From Balanoglossus misakiensis (taxonomy: Eukaryota; Animalia; Hemichordata), in assembly GCA_040954595.2 (NCBI GenBank), contig CM082593.2, forward strand, positions 9,805,200-9,869,199: a stretch of DNA of 64,000 bases, read 5' to 3'. Positions 1 to 12,419 of the stretch are shown here, one piece after another. The number at the start of each line of letters is the position of its first letter. Position 1 is the stretch's first letter. The translations under genes were made by a program, and so were the position numbers. The notes below the pieces were generated by a model, which had not been told where the DNA came from, searched no databases, and saw only the letters and a list, made by a program, of their open reading frames with translations.

Positions 1-189
1 ATTCCAATCAGAAGGCAATTGTGATTACCAGTATGTTCTGTCTGATTGAAGTTTGAGTTTTCTTAGGACCTGAATATCGCTCTAACAAATGGTTTGCTTT
101 CAGATGTGGAGTTAAGCGCTGGTGATAGTTTTGGCTATTCTGTTCTCTCACTTTGGCTGTTCTGTTCTCTGTTTTTGTCTGATCTCGGA

Positions 190-772
190 CACATTAGCTG
201 AAAACTACTGGTCAGATTTCTTTGAAAATTGGTATGCATATATCTTCTGCCAACATCACAGAGCTCTATAAGTTTTGACCTTATATCGTGAATTTTCTAC
301 TTTTTATGACTTTTGTCATTTTTTCCACATCTTCTATGAAAGTGATTGGTCGATTTCTCTAAAAAAAATTCAGTATAATTATAAAGCTTCCTATAGGTGA
401 TCTTTGTTTTTTTTTCAAATTGTTGCTAAGTTTGCGTATTTGTAATTATGGGCCAAATTTTGCAATTTTTGGTCAAAATTCGTTTTCTCGGAAATCGCTT
501 GTCAGATTGCTTTGAAAATTGGTAGGCATGTTTTCAGGGTTAAGCAATTGTGAGTTGTGTTAAATTTTTGCTGAAATGTGCATATTTATGTTCTTGAGGT
601 AGGGCCTAACTGTTGCAATTTTTCGTCAGAAGTTTTTGTCCTTGAAACCACTTGTTAGATTGCTTTGAACTTCGGTAAGCATGTTCCTTATACTGATTGA
701 TGTAAGATATTGTACAATTATGGTGATGTTTGAATATTTGAGTTTGGCAGTTTTGGGACAGTTTTTTGAAAT
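190..772. repeat. Degenerate ~140-155-bp tandem repeat (core gaaa..cttgtcagattgctttgaaa.ttggtaggcatg)
   Basis: The core motif recurs at ~200, ~338, ~490 and ~644. The same motif resumes at ~3947, ~4095 and ~4194. Confidence 0.6.
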
Positions 773-3700
773 TAGGTCATATCAGCTCGTGTGGTATTAG
801 GTCAATAACAACAAATTAAGTCCAAACGTTGGCCACGCTTCCTACTTTAATATAGCACAAGTATGAAAAAACGACCTGCTTTCATTGAGAGCAGCGCCCG
901 CAAGTGAGTTTTTTAGAAAATTTGATCAAATTCATGATGAATCGAATTGAATCGATGTTTATTCCAGCTGGGAGCACTTTATAGACTACAAAGTTGTTTT
1001 GTTAGATGGGTAAAATTTAAGACCACTCGACCAATGCAGAGGGAAGTTGTCAAAATCGACGAAACAAAGCGAGAAAATGGCAATTTGCGCTGTCGACATA
1101 TTTCTTCTCCTGCCTCGAATTATCAATCCCATGGAACCCCCCCCCCCCCCGGCGCGCCCGAAAAAAATATATATCAATCAGGGATCATCATAAAACTCGA
1201 CTATGAATCGGACATGAAATCAAACTCGACGATGGAAAAGCAGCCGATTCCGAGATAAACGCATCCCGATAGGATGAGAACTCCGCCATGTGACTTCATC
1301 TAATTTCTCTGCAAACATGGAGGGGTTGTACGTTGGTAATGTGTTTACAAAGCAAAGTTAAGACATAAGTCCGAACATGACCGTGGTCCGAAGCTTGGAC
1401 ACTCTTATCAAACAGAGCAGTACAGTGTGTGGAGACATCGCCCGTAAGACACACCACCGGCCCTGCCACACTGAGCTGCAATATGCTCTTGGCTCGTAGC
1501 CGTCCCAGTCGGTAACAAGTCGTTACGGCACTTATTCTTATCGGTTCGGCCTTTAATGTACGCGACCCCGGCCGTTTCGTCCTAGCTGCAAACCGATTCT
1601 TCAATTTGCAGTTCAGTAAAGTTGGCGAACGGGATAGTCTGTTAACGGAAAACGCAGGCCTATACACAGTGCTGGCGAACGGGACAAAAGGCCACAATAA
1701 AAGCGAGCGTGTTGTCAGATCAGTGGGACTATCATAACACGAATACATAACATGTGGAAGGGCTAGGCCTAATTTTCTCCTGAGAAAGTTCAATTCGTGT
1801 TCTGTCGATGTGAAATTGTGTTTATTTAATGCTTTTTGTAATAACATTTATGACTTTCATTTATGGTGCGATTATAATATCCGGAATATCATCGTATGTC
1901 ACAACAATGCACTTCGAAGACTTCTTGGTCACCCGGACACGAAAGTGCCTCTAAAATATTTGTTCTAAACGCCGTAAACTGCTTCTCCGTCATGAGAAGA
2001 AAAGTCGCTTTTAATTTTTCTGTTCGTCTCTGTACTAGTCCCAATGTTTTGATCAATCGTCTTGTCTCATGAGATATGCGCTTTTATGGACTACATACCC
2101 ACTGGATTGACATTTTACATTGATTCTTAAAACTATTATATTTTTTACATTTATTTTATTTATTACTTTTCTAGTGTTTTTGTCAGTTTTTGTAACCTAT
2201 TTCTATGGACGGTTGTGTCTGAAATAAAGATAATAATTACGATCCCGAGATTACGATAAGCATAGGGACATTATAACGAGCCAACGTGAAACTGACATGG
2301 AAACGATCGACAGTACGGTAGAGCACAGTGACTGCTGGTAGAGCGAGCGTGTTGCTGTGCGGGAGGCATTTACCATGTTTGTTTACAACACACACCGACA
2401 TGACCTGTGGCCGCAGTTGCAGCCTCCTAAGCGACCTAACCCAAGCAGTTTACGATCTCGGGTATCGTGGTCTGACTGACCAAAATGACACAGAAAGAGA
2501 AACACATTAGGAAGTATTATAGCTCTGTTTCCTCGAAGTCGAATAAGTGTTCACAACACAAGGCACATCAAACCCGTTGCTCAGACATCGGAAGTTTGCA
2601 GTTCGCTTGCCTGGTTTGAAATGCGTGGCTGTGGTAGAAATTACCCACTGTGCCCCCCCCCCCCGATTTTATTGTGTAGACAATGAGGCACTCACACTCA
2701 AAAAGCAAATGAGATATTCTTTCGAATGCGAGCATGTTCCAGAGCGTTCTAAAGAAATAAAATATGCAGCTGTAGCATGTATGCATATTCATTAGTGTGT
2801 CGTAATGCTAACTTTGGTCTGTGATTGGGTAACACGTTCTACTCACCATAACAACAGGTGATCATTGATCCGTTTCCGGTGTGCGACGCCGGGTTTCGAC
2901 CACTTTCCTTCTACTTGCCGCGGGATCAAGACGTCTTTTCGGTAGGCTCATAATCGAATCATTGCTTTTAGTACAATAGCCTATTTAGCTATGTTACCGT
3001 CACTCGATTGATTTGTCTGGTATTGGGTGACTTGCAGCTATCCGTACAACACCTTGTAGTTGAACAGAAGTAGGTTTAATTCCAGAAACAATTCCGAGCT
3101 ACGGGCGTGCAGCTAGCCTGTCGGCTATTCTGGGTATGGCTGCGCTGGCTCCCGAATCAGGAGACCAGGAAGTCATAATCGAGAAAGTCTAGTCATATTT
3201 ATAGGGTTATATTTTGTGAGAATTTTATTGCTAGGCCTCTTGCCTAAGCGCACGTAGGGCCAGTTTGTGAGATTGAAAAGGATGGCAGCGCTGCAGGATG
3301 TTTAGTGTCAAAATAGTCGACCATACTGTCGAACGGTTGTGGCAAAATGGCACGTCACTGTGGCGACATAAGGTACGGGTAGAACGTTTTTCTCTGGAAA
3401 GTCTCTTTGCTGGTGGACGGAACGATAGTTCCATACGTATAGTCTTTGTTTAGCGGAAGGTCAGGAAACCACGGTATTTTTCCATACATAATTCCATACG
3501 TTCTTTGAGGTTTTTATATGAGTCACCTCAGTGTTTGCAGGTGTTTTTTTTTTATTTTACGGTTTAAACGTGGTTGGTGTATTTTCGCTTTTCTGGTGAG
3601 ATTTCCACCTCTCCGTTGGCATACTTAAAAAATTATCCTAATTTTTATTGGGAAAACCGATAAAACCAAAACCACAACTAAAGAAAATGTCTTAAACATT

Positions 3701-3889
3701 TTAACTTAGGCATTGTAATCTGTTTGGTGATAACCCTTTTAGCTTTGAGAGATAACCGATTTGATGTTTTAGTATAAGCCAATTTTTTGACCAGGGCGAC
3801 AAGGATTTTTTCTCCTAGAGTCGTGTTGCTTGGAAGCATACTTTTGTATGTGTGGTCCCAGTTGATGAAAACCTGGTTGATGAAAAATG

Positions 3890-4250
3890 TGCATATTTAT
3901 AATTTTGTAGCAATTTTTGCCATTTTTGGTCAATAATTGTTTCCTCTAAAACCGCTTGTGAGATTGCTTTCAAATTTGGTAGGCTTGTTCCTTGGGGATA
4001 ATTAAATGAGATGTTTAAAAAAATACTTGAAATTTACATATTTGCGTTTTGTGTGTGAAAGTTGTGGAATTTCTCATCAAAAATTATTTTCTTTCAAACT
4101 GCATGTCAGATCGCCTTGAGCTTTGGTAGGCATGTTCCCTGAAGCGATTGAAGTAAGATATTGTACAATTTTGGAGAAAATACTGATTTTTCTGAAACTG
4201 CATATGGGATTGCTTTGAAATTTGATAGGAATATTCCAATGGGTAACCCA
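3890..4250. repeat. Continuation of the degenerate ~150-bp repeat
   Basis: aaccgcttgtgagattgctttcaaatttggtagg, actgcatgtcagatcgccttgagctttggtagg and actgcatatgggattgctttgaaatttgatagg match the 190-772 core. Confidence 0.55.
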
Positions 4251-4752
4251 AGTTTTGTCTGATTGTGTTGATTACCCTATACTGAGACTCACTAAGTACA
4301 CTATATGTTTATATTACTAGGGAGTTCAGAATCCAATATGGCCACCATTCAAAGTGGGACATGCTGTATAATCTGATTGATTTCTAAACTTGTCATATTT
4401 TAATTTCTCGGTCTTGCAAATAAAGATAAAATGCCAAAAACTGAGTAACTTTCGTTTCTTCCCGCTTGTTAACGTCATATGTTGGTGTTGTCCATTACAA
4501 CGATTATCATCTAAGCGTCCCGAAACACTGATAAGAACTCCAATATAATTAGCCAGAGTAAACTGAGATTTTTATGCTGAAGTCGGCATATGGTCTTTTT
4601 CCTCCTACTGGGAAAGTGGCTAGAGTCAATCAGTGCATAATGGCAGCATTACATGGCACTGAATAAATGGCAGGGGTATTTACATCTCTGTATTTTTTTC
4701 ACTTAAACCATTATAAATCTCTAACAGTATATTATAATATTGTGTATGCAAC

Positions 4753-6082
4753 TTGGAGATGCGTTTTACTTCAGAGTTGGAAGTATTTTTTAGTAAAGTC
4801 TGGGAAGTGACATGTCTTCAAAGTGATTGATGTTATCTGCTAAGAGCTGAATGCCCATGGATGTTCTTTCCTAGATTTTACATTTTCTTAGCATTTCATA
4901 GACCTGTGTATAATTATAATTTCAGTTATATATTCTAATTTGAGTTTAGGAAGGGTATGCATGGAATTAAAGTAATTATTCTGTAATTACCCAACCAAAT
5001 ATGTTGTCTAACTAATGGATATTTTGATTGTCAATTTGCACAGGCAACATTATTGAAGTAGCATTAAGAGTAGTTGATAATATAGCAGAGCTTCTAACTG
5101 GAAAGAAGAGCTTAGTAAATTTATCAGCTCATAATATTCCTTTAACCAATGAACTTTATATGAACTTGCACACCTGCGTTAAAGATACAGGGATTAATGT
5201 TCAGGAAACCTTACCAGCTCTAGTAAATTTATTTGAGCCAGAAATTGAATTACCAAAAAAAAATCAGTAATTTCATAAAGACACAGTCAGAAAAGAAACA
5301 GAGAAAGCCAGCAAGGAAGGGAGAAAAGTGGAATACATGAACGACACAGTTTGCTTAAAATACGTGTGTGTGCTGTAAAAACTGTATGGTGCAACGGCGT
5401 CAATTTTTATGATTTATAAGCAGCCAGTCTTTCCATGCATATCATACCAAAATTTAATATGAAATTCTTGTTAATGTTAATAGTCTACAAGGATAGTACA
5501 GGTAACATGTTGAAATTAAACTATCAAACTTTCTCCACTTTTGATATCCGCTCGACACAGGCAAGCAAAAGGGCCGATCTGAGACTATGACTTGAATGAT
5601 GGCAATTTTTGCTGTCCAGAGGTAACTGTATAGCATTTATTTGGTAGTAATATCAGCTTTATGATTGCTAAAAATACATCAGAATTTAAATATTTCCACT
5701 TACTACAGTGATTGAACTGATTTTCAGCAAATTGCAGTGTATAAACAAATATTGCCATCTAATGAAATGTCAACCCAATTAAGGCCGCCTATTTGCAATG
5801 GTAAAATGCTAGGTTTACCATATTTGAGCGCCTGGGAATTTGAATTATAATCCAGATATCAAAAACTTAAGTCACTATCTGTATCTGCACATATATTGTA
5901 ATATAATCTGAAAATTTCGTGAAAATTAGATCAAACATGATCGAGACACAGAAGATCAAACATTGCAAATTTTCATATTTTACCATGGTGCCATGCAAAA
6001 AATAGAGAGATTTTTTTTACAAGTTTTGATGATCTCCTGTAAAACTGAAAGAAGTAATCTTCTGTGAATCTTGCATTTTTAT
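4753..6082. repeat. ~1.33-kb segment, copy 1 of 3
   Basis: Runs from ttggagatgcg to gtgaatcttgcatttttat. Near-identical copies start at 6167 and 10492, and the same ~80-aa ORF appears at 5028, 6441 and 10766. Confidence 0.9.
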
Positions 6083-6166
6083 GTTGGAACCATGCAAACC
6101 ACTTTGGCCCCTGCAATGCAGCATGTTGCTTTAATTGTCTTCTTCATGGTTGCCATATTGGATTTT

Positions 6167-7929
6167 TTGGAGATGCGTTTCACTTCAGAGTTTGAAGTTT
6201 TTTTAGTAAAGTCTGGGAAGTGACATCTCTTCAAAGTGACTGATGTTATCTGCTAAGAGCTGAATGCCCATGGGTGTTCTTTCCTAGATTTTACATTTTC
6301 TTAGCATTTCATAGCCCTGTTTATAATTATAATTTCAGTTATATATTCTAATTTGAGTTTAGGTAGAGTATGCATGGAATTAAAGTAATTATTCTGTAAT
6401 TACCCAACCAAATATGTTGTCTAACTAATGGATATTTTGATTGTCAATTTGCACAGGCAACATTATTGAAGTAGCATTGAGAGTAGTTGATAATATAGCA
6501 GAGCTTCTAACTGGAAAGAAGAGCTTAGTAAATTTATCAGCTCATAATATTCCTTTAACCAATGAACTTTATATGAACTTGCACACCTGCGTTAAAGATA
6601 CAGGGATTAATGTTCAGGAAACCTTACCAGCTCTAGTACATTTATTTGAGCCAGAAGTTGAATTACCAAAAAAAAAATCAGTAATTTCATAAAGACACAG
6701 TCAGAAAAGAAATAGACAAAGCCAGCAAGGAAGGGAGAAAAGTGGAATACATGAAAGACACAGTGTGCTTAAAATACATGTGTGTGCAGTAAAAATTGTA
6801 TGGTGCAACGGCGTCCATTTTCATGATTTATAGCCAGCCAGTCTTTCCATGCATATCATACCAAAATTTAATATGAAATTCTTGTTAATGTTAATAGTCT
6901 ACAAGGATAGTACAGGTAACATGTAGAAATTAAACTATCAAACTTTCTCCACTTTTGATATCCACTCGACACAGGCAAGCAAAAGGGCCGATCTGAGACT
7001 TTGACTTGAATGATGGCAATTTTTGCTGTTCAGAAGTAACTGTATAAAATGTTTTTGGTAGTAATATCAGCTTTATGATTGCTAAAATACACAAGACTTT
7101 AAATGTTTCCACTTACTACAGTGATTGAACTGATTTTCAGCAAATTGCAGTGTATAAAAAAATATTGCCATCTAATGAAATGTCAACCCAATATGGCCGC
7201 CCATTTGCAATGGTAAAATGCTAGGTTTACCATATTTGAGCGCCTAGGAATTTAAATTATAATCCAGATATCAAAAACTTAAGTCACTATCTGTATCTGC
7301 ACATATATTGTATTATAATATACCTCATGCTAATACTGTGCCGTGATTCGCCAGAATCCGTCACGTGATAGGAAAATAGAATCGACTATGAACCGTTAGG
7401 GAAATAGCAGAAAAAATATAAACCGGTCACATGACAAACGTGGTCACGTCAATCAGCGTCGCGTCTGACACAATGGCCACCGCTGAAGATGTCGTCTGCC
7501 AACCTCAAGAGAAAATTGCATGATTTTCCAAACTGTCAGCATGAGGTTTATTATAAAACACCTATAGCCTGGCCTATATTCGGGCCATAGCAGCCGTTTT
7601 TACCCCCACGTGGCTGTGAGTTACCAGAATCATACGCTATTTCCCTCGGCCTGCAGCCTCGGGAAATAGCATATGATTCTGGTAACTCACAACCCCTCCG
7701 GTGTAATAAACGGCCGCTATGGCCCTCATGGCCAGGCAATAGGTGTTCAATATAATCTGGAAATTTCGTGAAAATTAGATAAAACATGATTGAGACACGG
7801 AACATCAAACATTGCAAATTTTCCTATCTTACCATGGTGCCATGAAAAAATAGAGAGATTTTTTTACAAGTTTAGATGATCTCCTGTAAAACTGAAAGAA
7901 GTAATCTTCTGTGAATCTTGCATTTTTAT
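6167..7929. repeat. ~1.33-kb segment, copy 2 (carries the 7313-7749 insertion)
   Basis: Collinear with copy 1 apart from a ~437-bp insertion after atattgta. Confidence 0.9.
7313..7749. mobile_element. Non-autonomous insertion with a ~190-bp 3' imperfect hairpin; possibly Crypton-like
   Basis: Absent from the paralogous sites in copies 1 and 3 (atattgta|atataatctg). Inverted arms span 7557-7747 around the loop region ccctcggcctgcagcctcggg. TATAAT occurs at both junctions (7314-7319, 7751-7756). There are no TIRs and no credible ORF. The family call is inference. Confidence 0.75.
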
Positions 7930-10491
7930 GTTGGAACCATGTTAACCGCTTTGGTCCCTCAAATGCTGCTTTTAGTAAATGTTTTAATTGTCTTCTTCAT
8001 GGCGGCCATATTGGATTTTCGGATAACCTTTAAAAGTTGACATTTTTTTCAAAAACTACAGGGCCAATCAAGTTCTAATTTACTGTGCGGTTCAATGTTT
8101 GACAATAATATCATTAGTGGTCATGTGGCTTTGGATTTTTGAAAAAATATCATTAAAAAATTTCAAAAATCTTTTTCTAATCAAGTTTTCAAGTAAATTG
8201 TGATTGGGTAAACCTTATTGAAGCCAAATTGGATTTTCTGATCTCCAATAAAAGACTAAAATTTCCTATTTCTAGCTTGCTCATTGAAACCACACAAATT
8301 CTTTTTATGGATATGAGTCACCATATGACCAGAATATATCACAATTATTAGACTACTTTCACATGTTCTTTGATCAAGTTTTTACAGAACTTAATTAAAC
8401 AATGTGTTTGCGACTCTCGCATGTCCTTTGATCCAGTAATTCCAGAACTTATTTTATGTGGATATGCCTCTTGTTAAAAACCACCACAGTCATAATTTTG
8501 TTCACATGAGTACGACTGCTGCCAGGACATAACCCAAATCTTTTGATAATTTTGGCAATGACCTTTGCTGCCAGGACATAACCCAAATCTTTTGATAATT
8601 TTGGCAATGACCTTTGATCTACTATCCCATGCCTTGGAATAAACAGCAAATACAGTCTTCAAATTTTTTTTGGCTGGAACACCTAATGAAGTATTAAACT
8701 TTTACACAATAATTATGTACATAAGCTATTTAAAGTGAACCAAAAGAGCTTAGAAGTCTGGTTTTTGTTGGACACAGCTCAGTTTGATATCAAAATTTGT
8801 TGGCCAAAATTTGCGTGACCTCTGGCTTACTTACCATTTCTCAGCATCCATAACAGATAAAGCCTTTGCTTTCTGTTGGAACCATGCTAACCGCTTTGGT
8901 CCCTCCAATGCTGCTTTTAGTTTTAATTGTCTTCTTCATGGCGGCCATATTGGATTTTCGTATAACCTTTAAAAATTGACATCTTATAAAACAACTACAA
9001 GGCAAATCAAGTTCTAATTTACTGTGCGGTTCAATGACAATAATAAAACTTGAATAAACAATTTGTTTGCGACTCTCGCACGTCCTTTGATCCAGTAATT
9101 CCAGAACTTATTTTATGTGGATATGCCCTTTGATCCAGTAATTCCAGAACTTATTTTATGTGGATATGCCTCTTGTTAAAAAGCACAACAGTCATGATTT
9201 TGTTCACATGAGTACTGCTGCTGCCAGGAAATAACCAAAATATTTTGCTAATTATGGCAATGACCTTTGATCTACTTTTCCATAAGTTGGCATGCACAGC
9301 AGATACAGTCTTCAAATTTGGAGGACTGAAACAACTAATGAAGTATTAAACTTTAACACAATAATTTTGTACATAAGCTATTTCAAGTAAACAAATGGAG
9401 CTTACAAGTCTGGTTTTTGTTGGACACTGATCAGTTTAAGATCAAAAATTTGTGTCACAATTTTGCGTGACCTCTGGCTTACTTTACCATTTCTTGGCAT
9501 CCACAACAAAACAGCCTTTGCTTTCTGTTGGAACCATGCTAACCGCTTGGGCCTGTCCCATTTCTTCTTAATGGTGGCCATATTGGATATTCTGATAACC
9601 CTTAAAAATTGACATCTTTTCAACAACTACAAGGCAAATCAAGTTCTAATTTACTGTGCGGTTCAATGTTTGACAACAATATCATTAGTGGTCATGTCAC
9701 TTTGGTTGCCATATTGGATTTTTGAAAAATCTCATGAAAAATTTCACAAATCTTTTTCTAATCAAGTTTTCAAGTAAATTGTGATTGGGTAAACTTTATT
9801 GAGCCAAATTGGATTTTCTGATCTCCGATAAAAGACTAATATTTCCTATTTCTAGCCTGCTCATTAAAACCACACAAATTCTTTTTATGGATATGAGTCA
9901 CCATATGACCAGAATATATCACAATTATTAGACTACTTTCACATGTTCTTTGATCAAGTTTTTACAGAACTTGATTTAAACAATTTATTTGCGACTCTCG
10001 CTTGTCCTTTGATCCAGTTATTCCAGAACTTATTTTATGTGGATATGCCTCTTGTTAAAAAGCACAGCAGTCATGATTTTGTTCACACGAGTACTACTGC
10101 TGCCAGGACAAAACCCAAATCTTTTGATAATTTTGGCAATGACCTTTGATCTACTATCCCATGCCTTGGAATGTACAGCAGATACAGCCTTCAAATTTGG
10201 TGGACTGGAACACCTAATGAAGTATTAAACTTTAACACAATAATTATGTACATAAGCTATTTCAAGTTAACCAATAGAGCTTAGAAGTCTGGTTTTTTGT
10301 TGGACACTGATCAGTTTGATATCAAATTTTGTTAGCACAATTTTGCATGACCTCTGGCTTACTTTACCATTTCTTGGCATCCACAACAGAAACAGCCTTT
10401 GCTTTCTTTTGGAACCATGCTTACCACTTTGGTCCCTCCAATGCAGCATGTTGCTTTAATTGTCTTCTTCATGGTTGCCATATTGGATTTT
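7930..10491 (+). repeat. Complex modular tandem array (variable ~0.65-0.95-kb units) related to the 3' part of the 18.1-19.5-kb element
   Basis: Recurrent blocks ttggaaccatgctaacc..ccctccaatgctgc..tttaattg, atggcggccatattggattt, gagtcaccatatgaccag and gtggatatgcctcttgttaaaaagcac..atgacctttgatctac. Local 48-bp (~8518-8615) and 42-bp (~9085-9170) duplications are present. Confidence 0.8.
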
Positions 10492-11863
10492 TTGGAGATG
10501 CGTTTAACGTCAGAGTTGGAAGTATTTTTAGTAAAGTCTGGGAAGTGACATGTCTTCAAAGTGACTGATGTTATCTGCTAAGAGCTGAATGCCCATGGGT
10601 GTTCTTTCCTAGATTTTACATTTTCTTAGCATTTTATAGACCTGTGTATAACTATAATTTTAGTTATATATTCTAATTTGAGTTTAGGTAGAGTATGCAT
10701 GGAATTATAGTTATTATTCTGTAATTACCCAACCAAATATGTTGTCTAACTAATGGATATTTTGATTGTCAATTTGCACAGGCAACATTATTGAAGTAGC
10801 ATTGAGAGTAGTTGTTAATATAGCAGAGCTTCTAACTGGAAAGAAGAGCTTAGTAAATTTATCAGCTCATAATATTCCTTTAACCAATGAACTTTATATG
10901 AACTTGCACACCTGCGTTAAAGATACAGGGATTAATTTTCAGGAAACCTTACCAGCTCTAGTACAATTTTTTGAGCCAGAAATTGAATTACCCCCCCCCC
11001 CCCCCAAAAAAAATAAAAAATAAAAAATAAAAAAAATAAAAAAAAATAGTAATTTTATAAAGACACAGTCAGAAAAAAAAAACAGAGAAAGCCAGCAAGG
11101 AAGGGAGAAAAGTGGAATACATGAAAGGCACAGTTTGCTTAAAATACGTGTGTATGCAGTAAAACTGTATGGTGCAACGGCGTCCATTTTTATGATTTAT
11201 AGCCAGCCAGTCTTTCCATGCATATCATACCAGAATTTAATATGAAATTCTTGTTAATGTTAATAGTCTACAAGGATAGTACAGGTAACATGTAGAAATT
11301 AAACTATCCAACTTTCTCCACTTTTGATATCTGCTCGACACAGGCAAGCAAAAGGGCCGATCTGAGACTTTGACTTGAATGATGGCAATTTTTGCTGTCC
11401 AGAAGCAACTGTATAACATTTTTTTGATAGTAATATCAGCTTTATGATTGCTAAAATACACAAGAATTTAAATATTTCCACTTACTACAGTGATTAAACT
11501 GATTTTCAGCAAATTGCAATGTATAAACAAATATTGCCATCTAATGAAATGTCAACCCAATATGGCCGCCCATTTGCAATGGTAAAATGCTAGGTTTACC
11601 ATATTTGAGCGCCTGGGAATTTAAATTATAATCCAGATATCAAAAACATAAGTCACTATCTGTATCTGCACATATATTGTAATATAATCTGAAAATTTCG
11701 TGAAAATTAGATCAAACATGATTTAGACACGGAACATCAAACATTGCAAATTTTCATATTTTACCATGGTGCCATGCAAAAAATAGAGAGATTTTTTTTA
11801 CAAGTTTAGATGATCTCCTGTAAAACTGAAAGAAGTAATCTTCTGTGAATCTTACATTTTTAT
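10492..11863. repeat. ~1.33-kb segment, copy 3
   Basis: Collinear with copy 1, with an expanded C/A tract at 10991-11047 and no 7313-type insertion. Confidence 0.9.
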
Positions 11864-12419
11864 ATAATTTGGTAAAATTCTTTGAAAAATGGTGAAGATA
11901 CTTGAGAATCTCAGTATTATTTGATGCGTTTGTACGCTGAAATCCGGTGAACCGATTTTGATAATTTTCTTTGTTATAACCTACTAAGATGTATAAACAT
12001 TTTTATCAGAAAAATAAACGGCAATCTTGGAGTAAATTTTTAACTGATCTTCCTTATATAATTTTAATGGTCCAGCTGTTACAGGGACCACCAGCTATTT
12101 TATTATAAACTGGTGGTAGGTCAGTGAATGCCTCTGTCTGATTGGACTAATTAATTTGTCATACTCGCATGTATTTTTACAGACAGTTTTTGGACAAAAA
12201 TCAGTTGTTGTTTTTTAGTGTAGCTTGTAAGATTGCTGTGACACATAACACTTTATTTGGCATAGTTAATTTTTTTATGTTTCCATAGTATTTAAATATT
12301 AATGCCATATATGCTTGCCAATGTCGCCCCTGAATTTAATTCTGGTGAATACCTAATTTCTGAGTAATCCCCAAAGGGCACCACAGTGTCCTTTACATTA
12401 TTTTATAAGAAGTAAATTA

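Noticed and set aside
1296-1847. 183-aa ORF as a host gene
   Set aside because: No recognisable motif, atypical composition, and no supporting exon context.
2239-2469. Small MITE bounded by acgatcccgagat / atctcgggtatcgt
   Set aside because: The inverted match is short and imperfect, with no target-site duplication.
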